A DNA stretch of 63,272 nucleotides, filler included, from Lenisia limosa (Eukaryota > Protista > Breviatea): the NCBI GenBank assembly GCA_001655205.1. It is 15 parts of 15 records of this genome, joined end to end, with 100 filler letters (N's around TTAATTAATTAA, not from the genome) between each part and the next. Parts side by side here need not be neighbours in the genome. Positions count along the whole stretch, not along the records: positions 50,897 to 56,304 come from LPNZ01004040.1; positions 56,405 to 58,078 come from LPNZ01003621.1; positions 58,179 to 59,835 come from LPNZ01001908.1; positions 59,936 to 63,272 come from LPNZ01009008.1; 11 more parts are not named here. One strand, written 5' to 3'. The notes below the pieces were generated by a model, which made no database searches, was not told the origin of the DNA, and was given only the letters and a program-made list of their open reading frames with translations. The position numbers and the translations under genes are program-made. Positions 53,901 through 63,272 of the stretch are shown here, piece by piece (position 1 is the stretch's first letter; the number at the start of each line of letters is the position of its first letter).

Positions 53901-55685
53901 CGTAGATGTATATTTCCCCGGAACCCACATCCAGCGTAACGGGCAGGTCCAGAGAGCCGCCAGCTATGGCGCATGTCCACGCCAGCGCGCGGCGTATGGC
54001 GGGCTGGAGAGAGGTAAGGGATGAGGGGAGGATTTATTGGTAGGGGCGTGATGAGTGAAAAATACGACGCATACTCCGTCTTCCAGTTCCAGTGGGAAAA
54101 TAAGGAAAATTAATGAAACAAAAGAAATGGAAAATACGGAGAGGTGTTAAAAAAGATATAAAATGAACCCATTGATAAGGCTTGAGAGGTGGTGCCAAAA
54201 AAGACCACGAAAATACATCATATGATATGCATATCATTTATAATACGGTATTTAGAAATAATAATCGTAACTGCCATACGGATGCGAGGTTAGCTTCGTC
54301 ATTAAAGTCCTCGGTGACATGCAAACGTTGTGAAGATGCCTAATATGGTAAGTACGTAACAGAGGCAAGTATGAATTTGAAACAAAAAAAAAAACCTGTC
54401 TAATACTCAAGCACTCAATACTGTACGACTTATTAGTATGTTTCCCATATTCCGTCTTCCAGTTCTAGGGGGGAAGAAAAAGAGCTGCATTTATACCAGG
54501 AGACTCACCATTTTGATAAAGGACATTGTTAAGACAATCATCATAAAAGATTATTTTCGTTCATTTTCAACCCCCCAACCCCAACCCTCTCGTCTCATCC
54601 ACTCCAGACAGCATATCCCTCTCACCCGCATTCTTTTTTCCTCCTCTTCCGCTTCATAACGAGCCTGGATGTGTAAACGATGTAAATAATATAAACACTA
54701 AAATCAGTCAACAATGTATAATATGATCTGTGTGTCAACTGAGAAATGGGTTTCATGATAATGCTAATTGAACAAACCTGTTGTCTATTTCTCATGATAA
54801 AAAGTAGGGCTCCGTACAATCAATTGAAAGAATAATTACGGGATATAATGAAATGTAAACTCAATTTCAGACACTTTAATCTCAAATTTTGGTAATTAGT
54901 TTCTTCAAAAAATTGCACAGACTAAAAAAAGCTAAGAGCATCTGTTGGTATTACCCCCCCCCCCACCTGGGATCTTTGCTGCTCTCCCCGGGCTATGTCG
55001 TNNNNNNNNNNNNNNNNNNNNNNNNNNNNNNNNNNNNNNNNNNNNNNNNNNNAGGGCCTAAAGGGTCACATTCACCTTCTTTTTTCGGTTCCAAAAGACA
55101 TGCTAATATCGATGTTTATTGAATTTTATCCGACTTTTATTGAATTTTATCCAAAATTCATTTACTTTGAAATGAAGGTAATGTTATAATATCATATCAT
55201 ATAGTATATATATATATCTATGATACTGTTTCAAAACGACACGTAGTAAAGACGCAATATTAAGAATGAATCATTACTCTTTTTCTTCTCTTAACGCAGC
55301 TGATTATCCAAAATAAACCTCAATGAAAGAATACTCACTCGTTTTACCAAAAATCATAGATTTAGGTGTCGATTAAGACCACATAATAGATCCGGTTGCC
55401 CCCTCCTCACCTGCTGCTGAGTCCACTGCACTTCTTGCTGAGCCTTCAGTTCCGTAACTTCCGCCTGATTGTAAGATGGCGGATTTATAACGTGTTAATG
55501 CCACAATCGAAGATAATATCACACTTTTTTACTTTTACCACCTCTCCCACCACTCGGACAGCCGCAGCCTGGTTAGCGCGGTTCTGCTCGTTCATCAGCC
55601 GCCTCTCCTCCTCAAGTCGGCGCTCCATCTCAAGCAGTTTCTGCTGCAGGTCATCGGCGTTGCGCTTTTCGAGGTCGGCCTGGTT
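50918..55685 (-). CDS. Calponin-homology (CH) domain protein with coiled-coil N-terminal part and acidic/Pro-rich C-terminal part, partial
   Basis: In-phase exons 54003-53929, 53817-53710, 53302-53252 and 52896-52808 give RRALAWTCAIAGGSLDLPVTLDSAIEYLSDGRALCEVARAVL...YSRNCAAFCTAAAEAGIGAELPIDIQNGVTMSTVDDICTALDTL, a CH-like pattern (W...LSDGxALC...NxxxF). Coiled-coil exon QADLEKRNADDLQQKLLEMERRLEEERR upstream; DDEDEPPPPP exons downstream. Confidence 0.6.
51266..51343. mobile_element. MITE family B
   Basis: Same TIR and loop (GCTATGTGATTTCCCAAAGA). Confidence 0.85.
51732..51845. mobile_element. hAT-type MITE family A
   Basis: TAGAGCTTCACTTTCGG...CCGAAAGTGAAGCTCTG with internal CTCGATAAAT repeats. 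Confidence 0.8.
53063..53236 (+). repeat. Dispersed repeat family C (about 150 bp, no TIR); copies near 13007, 13962, 26478(-), 31684(-), 34398(-), 36136, 56142(-), 56405, 57095, 57374 and 62927
   Basis: Shared blocks GCAATGAGAAATAAAAAA...GTTGTATCTGGCCGAAGCCGTCCACACCA and AATTCACCCAATCATTTGCCTTACAACTCTGTGCACACAGC. Confidence 0.85.
53438..53560. repeat. Tandem repeat, 38 bp x 3
   Basis: Unit GAAGGGATGTTTGCTTGTACAGTAATGTCTGTTGCAGT. Confidence 0.9.
54805..54924. mobile_element. Second TAGGG-terminated MITE-like family E; ends also at 14535, 33391 and 27131-27151
   Basis: TAGGGCTCCGT(A/G)CAAT(T/C)AATT terminus, its reverse complement AATTAATTGCACAGAGTCGTA at 27131, and a shared internal AAGTTCCTGA...TTTCAATAT. 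Confidence 0.55.
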
Positions 55686-55786
55686 CTAAACGCGGTAACT
55701 GCCTGATATGGAAGGTGCTTAACCAAACAACTGCCATATGAAGAAGGTTCTAAACAAAGTACCTGCCTATTATGGAATGTATAAAT

Positions 55787-55868
55787 CAAGTAACTGCCTG
55801 ATTGTTAACCAAGTAACTGCCTGATTGTTAACCAAGTAACTGCCTGATTGTTAACCAAGTAACTGCCA
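55787..55868. repeat. Tandem repeat, 23 bp x 3.5, within older diverged repeats 55682-55880
   Basis: Unit CAAGTAACTGCCTGATTGTTAAC. Confidence 0.9.
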
Positions 55869-56519
55869 GTTATGGAAGGTCCTAAATCGAACCTTCATAA
55901 AACTTAAGGCAAAATCAGAGAATATTCAACCTCCCCCAACTTTCAATTCTGACATTTGACGAGTGACGTCTCCTGCACCCAAGCCTTCGAGCAGTGCAAC
56001 GGCTTCGTCTTTTTCCTATTAAATTACAGGGGTATTAAAGTGATGGGTGTATTGCGAGGATTATGTTCAAATACTATGACGCTGAATAGTGGGGAAGGGA
56101 ACGCCAAAAACTTACTATTTCATAATGTAGTATAACTATCATACGGCTTCGCCAGGTATAACCTTATTTTTTTATTTCTCATTGCTATAATATATATGAT
56201 ATATCACACCGTCCATATATCTGTGAATTTTCCTCTATCTGTGGATTTATTTGAATTGTGCGAAAAATTTTGCTAAAAATATGGCATATAACTAAGAAAA
56301 TTGTNNNNNNNNNNNNNNNNNNNNNNNNNNNNNNNNNNNNNNNNNNNNTTAATTAATTAANNNNNNNNNNNNNNNNNNNNNNNNNNNNNNNNNNNNNNNN
56401 NNNNCCGTCCACACCACCACGCTTATAAGAGATATTTGAATTTAGTATATTAATTCACCCACAGCCTTCTGCGTGCCTCCCCGGCATAGGAAAAACTGCC
56501 CCCTCACTTGTTAAAAAGG

Positions 56520-57048
56520 ACAGTAATGCCATTTTCCTTCAAACTGTCTTCAACCAAAATGTTGGCATCCAAGCTCTGCGAGTTCAATTAGTTGAATATT
56601 TAATGGGAAATATAAAGGACGTTTAAATCTGAGAATGGGAAATTTAATGGGATGACAGATAGATAGATGGATGGTTATGAGGTGCGAACAAAACGAAAAT
56701 TAGTATCCAAGGAAACATACACAAAAAATGCCCCCCCACCCCCCACATACAATAAAATAATAAAAATACCATATTTCCTGATCATAGAGATCACCCCCAT
56801 AAATAGGGCTTTACTTCGGTCAGAAAAAAGACCGGTAAAATATCGGTAGCTTTCGGGGATTTATCGAAAAATTTCGTCTTTTTTCTTACAGAAGTTAAAC
56901 CCAACCCACAATTAAGACCTGGATCATAGCGATCCGGCCAGTCCGGGCTGCAAAAGTTACCCCGGTCCAGTGATCGGCACAGGCCAATTTTGCACCCGTG
57001 TCGTAGTGCGGATACTCGTTTATCAAACGCCGGAGGCCGACAGGCGAC
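56520..57048 (-). CDS. Probable ankyrin-repeat gene fragment
   Basis: Exon 57048-56919 encodes RRLINEYPHYDTGAKLACADHWTGVTFAARTGRIAMIQ; a downstream piece encodes LDANILVEDSLKENGITVL. Confidence 0.45.
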
Positions 57049-57159
57049 CTAGTTGGTGAGTTGCCTTATATGGTAGATAAGTTTTATTCGATGATAGTTG
57101 ATACTAATTCACCCAGTCATTTGCCTTACAATTTTGTGCCTAATATATATCACTATCAC

Positions 57160-57247
57160 TTGGGATTCTCTATGGTGCCAAAAAAGACCGAAATCCTCGA
57201 TAAATATCGATATTTGACCGGTCTTTTTCGAACGTAGGGAAGCCCTA
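57160..57247. mobile_element. hAT-type MITE family A, full copy
   Basis: Family A core (CTCGATAAATATCGATATTT); perfect 8-bp duplication ACTATCAC. Confidence 0.85.
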
Positions 57248-57759
57248 ACTATCACCCTTTAGCCCACCTTGTATAGAGTAACATGACGAATATCACATCA
57301 AGCTTCAGGCTTGTTGTATGGAAGCTGTATACCGAGAGGAATTCGAGCTGCGGTAGTGAGATTTGTGATTTTTGTGTCTGGCCGAAGCCGTCCAAACCAT
57401 CACACTTATAACAGATATTGAATTACTTACACTTACATACCACGTTGAAAAGAGATATTAGATAATAGTGTCATTTTAATTCACTCAATCATTTGCCTTA
57501 CAGATGTTTCTCTTTTTTTAAAAAAAGATTTCCTCACCATATAAGTTGGGTTGAAGAGGATGCATCGAGAAGTTGTGCAGTCATCTGAGAGTAAGATGGC
57601 AAATTTTTAGAGCTTTTTTTTAACAAGAGAAATAATATCTATTAGAATTATCAAGGGAAAAAATAATAAGTATTGAATGTTCCAAAAAATACTTAATTTT
57701 CGATAAATCCTCGATAAATATCGAATTTTGTCAGTCTATTGGAACCGAAGTGAGGCTCT

Positions 57760-58078
57760 AGAAGATATTATAAAACAAAACGCTATTCAGCCCTTATCAC
57801 TCACAAAGAAGCCCCCTCCCACCAAGAACGCTATTAAGGGCCCTTATCACGCCGGCCTTTTTGTTGCTCTTGTTGTCGAAAACAGTCACAGTAGACGCAA
57901 CTGGGATGAGATCCTGGACGAACTACGAAGGATAAGAAAAACGGACAATTTTATGAAACAAGAGGGGGTGGTGGAGGTACACTACAGCACATCGACTTGG
58001 GATTCTTGTGAAAACGTGTATGAGGAATTCCATGGAATTTTATGGAAATTTGAAGAAATCTATGGGATTCCCGTGAAT
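57760..58078 (+). CDS. Open reading frame of unknown identity, truncated by contig end
   Basis: About 105 uninterrupted codons (…RRNWDEILDELRRIRKTDNFMKQEGVVEVHYSTSTWDSCENVYEEFHGILWKFEEIYGIPVN) directly after a MITE. Confidence 0.3.
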
Positions 58079-59586
58079 NNNNNNNNNNNNNNNNNNNNNN
58101 NNNNNNNNNNNNNNNNNNNNNNTTAATTAATTAANNNNNNNNNNNNNNNNNNNNNNNNNNNNNNNNNNNNNNNNNNNNAAAAAAAAAAAAAGAAAAAAAG
58201 AAAAAAAAAGAAAAAAAAAGGAAAACTAAGAGGCTATTGAAGGGTTTTTCCTTAATTAATTGATACAGCATTATTGTTTCAAAAAAAGGAGGGTTTATTC
58301 AGAATGAAGGGGGCCACCGGTATAAAACCGTTCTCAAAACTGACAGGAAATCTATAATAACAGATTTTCATTATTTTATTAATGGCAAGAAGAGATATGG
58401 TTTAAGGGGGCATCGAGAGAAATAATTCGCCACCACCCCCATACTCCATTGTAGGCTGCTTCCCGTTGTTCACCCTGGAGGAGTAAATTGAGGAACATTT
58501 GGAAGATGGCAAGGCACAAAATTTCTAAAACCCAAATGGAAAATAACATTTATGAGGGTTTGACTACCGAATTCGTCCGAAGTGTTACTTATATACATGT
58601 ACATGTCACTTTTGGGTCATTTTCACACGTGTGAAGTAGTATTTTTAACGATATGGTACCTCATATTCGCTCGTGTGATATAATTGACTGAAAAATCTCA
58701 ATCGTTCATCATTTGACTTGTAAGTCAGTCATATGATCATATCACTTGTGGATATGGCTATCAATGTGAGTCATTGTAACGTACCTCGATTTCATCACCT
58801 AAGGGCCTGTGCATCCAAGACGCAAAACGAACTCCTTTCTTATCTTGAGGGTCAACGAAACTGGCAAAAGAGAGTACAGCACTGCATTTATATCATATAG
58901 CTACATGTATATATATTATAGCTATATATATATACTACTATTATATAATAGACTAGTAGTATATCAAATAATATATTTATTATTCAATTATATTCATAAT
59001 ATGAATTGATTGACCCCCCCCCCCTTGTTCACTCCTTCATCCATCNNNNNNNNNNNNNNNNNNNNNNNNNNNNNNNNNNNNNNNNNNNNNNNNNNNNNNN
59101 NNNNNNNNNNNNNNNNNNNNNNNNNNNNNNNNNNNNNNNNNNNNNNNNNNNNNNNNNNNNNNNNNNNNNCCTCAATCTACAGGGGTAAGAAAAGGTCCAA
59201 AAATGGCAGGCTTTCAATTTCGTATAAGTTTTTAGTGACAGAAGGGAGGCTGTTGACATAAGACAAGGTTATGTTAACCCATGTCAACTAGCTAGTGATA
59301 TGATCATATGATCTACTAACGAGAAGTGATGCGCGAAGATAGCACAAAGTGATATTATGAAGAGAGTATTCTATGGACATGATTTATTCGAACAGAAAGC
59401 ACTCGATATTATCAATATCAAGAGGCATGAGAACACTAACACAGCCTACTGCAGCGGCCCTGTTTTTTTCCTGTTCTTTTACTGCTTTAGCCTGTCGTTG
59501 TTTCGCACGGACCTTCTTCTCTGCCAGCTAAACGGTCAATTTCGCCCCTCGTTCATATCCAATTCCATTATTTCATCCCTCATACC

Positions 59587-59675
59587 TTGGGCTTCACTTA
59601 GGTTCAAAAAAGACGGAAAGTCTCGATAAATCCTCGAAAACAATCGATATTTTCCCGAACCGAAGTGAAGCGTGA
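59587..59675. mobile_element. hAT-type MITE family A, full copy
   Basis: TTGGGCTTCACTTAGGTTC...GAACCGAAGTGAAGCGTGA; perfect 8-bp duplication CTCATACC. Confidence 0.9.
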
Positions 59676-59790
59676 CTCATACCAAAACAAGCCCCCCAGC
59701 CCCCTAACCTTTTTTTTGCAATAGTTTTATCCCATAGATGTACCCCATCCAAATATCACATATATCGATATATACATAAGTGGCCGAGTT

Positions 59791-59835
59791 TGGCCTTGAC
59801 CGCGTATTTAGCCTTGACCGCGTATTTGGCCTTGA
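59791..59835. repeat. Tandem repeat, 18 bp x 2.5, at contig end
   Basis: Unit GGCCTTGACCGCGTATTT. Confidence 0.85.
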
Positions 59836-59988
59836 NNNNNNNNNNNNNNNNNNNNNNNNNNNNNNNNNNNNNNNNNNNNTTAATTAATTAANNNNNNNNN
59901 NNNNNNNNNNNNNNNNNNNNNNNNNNNNNNNNNNNACCCCCCCCCCCCACACACACACATACAATATAACCCTAACAACACCTCATAC

Positions 59989-61096
59989 CACTGCTTGTTA
60001 ATCATTTTGAAGGTGACATGGTTGTGCTCCCCTCCAACTGAAGTTGTTGTACTAATCAGAAATCAGAAAAAGATAGAAAAAGAACAAGTACTCCTGGTTT
60101 CACTTCAATTACACTAAGAGACTGGAATAGTGACATGACTGAATGGTAGAGCATTTCTGGGACCCCTCAATTTCGGCACCCCCCTCCCCCACCCAGCGGC
60201 CGGATGCTCGTGGTCAACAACGTGCTGATGGGCGGGCCTATCCGTGACGTGGTTGTGTGTTTCGGCTCCGTTGGTGGCTCCGTGGTTATCGATGTGCAGA
60301 TCGGTACCCATGATAAAACGGCCGCGGAGGTCTGGAACCTGTGGGGTAAAATTGGAAAATTGGAACAAAAAAGCCCAAAATAAAGTCTGTTGGCTGACAC
60401 ACAAACACGAAAGGTTGGGAACAAAAATATCGATAGTTTTCGAAAATTTATCTTGAAATTCAGTCTTTTTTTGTAACCAACGTGAAGCTCTACATCAATN
60501 NNNNNNNNNNNNNNNNNNNNNNNNNNNNNNNNNNNNNNNNNNNNNNNNNNNNNNNNNNNNNNNNNNNNNNAATCCCCACGATGCTATTATTTACATGTAC
60601 AGAGACCGCGGAAAGTCCTGACACAATTGACTGTAAGGCAAGCTCAATTTACGTGGCATGACTTATCGGGTCAGTGTTATTACTTTCTCATTAGTTTTGC
60701 TGAAAACACAGAAATATTCCGGACCATCCCTCCCACCTTCTCTCATCCGTGACGGTTGAGCCGTCACAAATCATCCAGCCGTAGGGCAGTTCCATAGCTC
60801 CGGGACGGGGGACCCACTGTGTTATCGAGCCGAGGGGAGCCACTGGATTGTTATTTGGGGTTGAGAAGCAATTTAACTAGGTATTGACTATCTTTGCCAC
60901 AAGTAGGGCTTCCCTTCGCAGACCGTTTAAATATCGATATTTATTGAGGATTTATCTAGAAATTCAGTCTTTTAAGGGAGCGTAGGGAAGCCCTAGCCAC
61001 AAGCACCCACCCCCTTACATCCAACATCAAGCTTCTGGTCTTCACCAAAGTGGATTGCCGTTGAAACTGAAAGATCCTCCTCAATTATGGCCTTTT
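59989..61096 (-). CDS. Phage tail-collar domain (PF07484-like) protein, spliced, partial
   Basis: Exons 61096-61019, 60842-60737, 60338-60193 and 60051-59989 give LAPLGSITQWVPRPGAMELPYGWMICDGSTVTDER...VPDLRGRFIMG...GATNGAETHNH...AGTTTSVGGEHNH. One small exon may be hidden near the 60500-60570 gap. Confidence 0.8.
60339..60420 (-). repeat. Intron 3'-end module D2 (sense, abutting AG); copies at 24412(+), 25910(+), 27480(-), 29208(+), 30840(+), 52221(-), 53303(-), 58480(-) and 61097(-)
   Basis: Consensus ..GTGTTAGCCAACAGAGTTGATTTTGGGCTTTTT..TTTCATAAATTT(T)CCAATTTTAC(T)CCCC..AG. Confidence 0.8.
60904..60995. mobile_element. hAT-type MITE family A, full copy
   Basis: TAGGGCTTCCCT...AGGGAAGCCCTA termini; perfect 8-bp flanking duplication GCCACAAG. 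Confidence 0.9.
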
Positions 61097-62771
61097 CTGT
61101 GGGGAGGGGAGGTAAAACGAAGGAAATTTATGAAACAAAAAAAAGCCTAAAATCAATTCTGTTGGTTAGCAACACACGAGGGTTGATAACAACCAAGCAA
61201 ACAAAAATTTGCCCATTTATGACACAAAAAATGCCCCAAATGGGGGTGGGGGAGTAAAATGGGAACCTTGCGTATCAAATGTGTTTGCTCACACACAAGG
61301 ATTGAATAATAATGATACAAATATAAAAAAAAAAAACACGAATAAATGGAAAAACGAACAAATAAACCACAAAAGCAACCTTGCTAGTTCTATACATTTA
61401 AGAAAAAAACGTGGCTTATGCAGTTGGGTGGTCAAATGAAAAAGTCAAAACACACAACAAACAATAAAAAAAAAGGGGAGAGGAGCAAATAAATGTATTA
61501 TTAGTATCTNNNNNNNNNNNNNNNNNNNNNNNNNNNNNNNNNNNNNNNNNNNNNNNNNNNNNNNNNNNNNNNNNNNNNACATTGTAAGATTGAAGAAAAA
61601 GAGTGATAAGTATTCCGGTTTCAACATTTCCATCCCTTATGATGAGGGGGGTTGACAAAACTAGACACAGCATTACTGACATGACAAAGATCTCCATGAT
61701 TCAAAATAACTAATTGCCTGCGCCAAGTCGGCAGGACTCACCCATTGGCCCATCTGTCCTTATAAACAGCGATACAGCGGTCTATACTCCCGTCTTACGG
61801 ATATTTACGACGTTGTTCTGGGTCGTCTCATAAGCGAAACTGGGTGACCAGAGGAAAAGCAAGGCAAAAAGAGAGTAAAGAAGGCCTTGTGTCCTCATTG
61901 TCATTTCTTTCAACTAAGCCCAAACTGGGAGTAGAAGGGGCTGGAAGCAGGGTCTCCGACCAAATAAAGCCAAAAAAGAAGCTGTCCGATTTTCTACCCT
62001 TTATTCCTTATAAATTTGGATTAGTGGCCAAACAAAAGTATTTACCAATCAGTCCTAGCTCAAAAGCTCACAATACTGTCAATATATGACTATGTGACTA
62101 TTTAGCTTATAACACAATCCAGGGGGCATTTATATCATAGTTGATTGTCCCCATTTTTCTTTGATTTTTCGATTTTCCACCCGCAGAATCAATCTAAAGT
62201 TATTTGCTGAACATATTAGTACCGGAAAATAAAGGAGAACGGGGTTCAGTAACATGGGAGTGGAGTCTTCGGTCAAAGACGCGCTTCTTGAAGCCCAGGA
62301 AAGGTTTGAAGAGCTTATATTGGGTGTAGTGACGCATTCAGTGTTACACAGCGCAAAAGATCGGTGGAGGTGATCAAAAAGAATTTTGTGAAGGATGCGG
62401 AGCTCACAGCTAAGCTGCTTGTGGAGGCGCTGAAGAGATCTTTCTTGGTTTTGGGGGTGGATTTTGAAGTTGGACGACTCAGGCACCTTAACTGTCAACG
62501 TCTTTTCTGTGTCCTTTATGAAAAGACCCCTAACCATCAAACAAAGCTATGGTTCCATTGGAATTTGGCTTTTTAATTTTTTTATTTCACAGGCTGATAT
62601 TCACCGCTATCATGATGAATAAGTTGAATGGAGAGTTTGCGTAAATAAGTACTTGCTCTCTTAGCTTTGTGGAAAATTAAAATAACTGTTTTTACAGAAC
62701 CTCTAGAGAAGAATCACATGTTATATGATGATGTATGAATGATAGATTGTTTTGCAAAACAGTACTACATA

Positions 62772-62841
62772 CGAGCGGGATAAGTCTTGACCGATTTGCT
62801 TTCTGATTTCCCACAAATAGGGGAAGACTTATCCCAGTCTG
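62772..62841. mobile_element. MITE family B, degenerate; half copy at 34522-34545
   Basis: GGGATAAGTCTTGACCGATTTGC...AAGACTTATCCCAGTC. Confidence 0.7.
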
Positions 62842-63272
62842 TTTATTAAAGAATAGAAAAAAGTACATTTACTCTGAGACAATAGTTTTGGAATGCTCTT
62901 CAAATAGAGCATTCATATCATATATATTGCCATGAGAAATATAAAACAAGGTTGTATCTGTGAAGTAATAGTTTCGGGATGTTCCTCAAAGAGCAATCAT
63001 TCATAGTTGATCTCACCCCACATTCAGATCCCGAAAAAGGAGTCGGCTGTTGAGCATCTGTTTCACCTTGCTGCGACGGTTTTCAGTGATAGCAAGGAGG
63101 CTGAGGTTTGTGGGGTTTACACCGTGACAGACTTATACAGTGACCTTGGTAAGTTTTATTAACGACTTACTTTGTGATCTTGGGATATCTTGAAACAGTC
63201 GGTTCCTTCAGGCAGACGGCCATCCATGTGAAGCAAAAATACAAAACATGCCTTATAAAATAGATAGTATAA

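Noticed and set aside
1-63272. tRNA, rRNA or snRNA genes; autonomous transposase or reverse-transcriptase ORFs
   Set aside because: No cloverleaf, rRNA or catalytic DDE/YxDD motifs were recognised by eye. A tRNAscan/Infernal/HMM run would be needed to exclude them fully.

Overview
Eukaryotic, intron-rich genomic DNA from a fragmented draft assembly, probably a flagellated protist (inferred from a CEP104-like gene). It uses GT-AG introns and the standard code, with TAA and TAG both seen as true stops. The window is not one locus: 14 artificial 100-bp spacers (N44-TTAATTAATTAA-N44) join 15 short contigs, so neighbourhood across spacers is meaningless. Genes reconstructed by hand-splicing: TRM1 tRNA dimethyltransferase, URM1, NOM1/Sgd1, a bubblegum-type acyl-CoA synthetase (3' part), CEP104, a calponin-homology protein, three ankyrin-repeat genes, a spliced phage tail-collar-domain gene and several unrecognised multi-exon genes. 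Introns are dense in small repeats: a hAT-type MITE with 8-bp target-site duplications, a Tc1/mariner-type hairpin MITE flanked by TA, and other dispersed families. The most notable signals are (i) a shared 60-110 nt module that forms the 3' end of at least 10 introns in unrelated genes, always in sense orientation (Introner-like), (ii) the intron-containing tail-collar gene, and (iii) repeated short tandem duplications centred on splice sites. All calls come from manual reading; no database searches were run.
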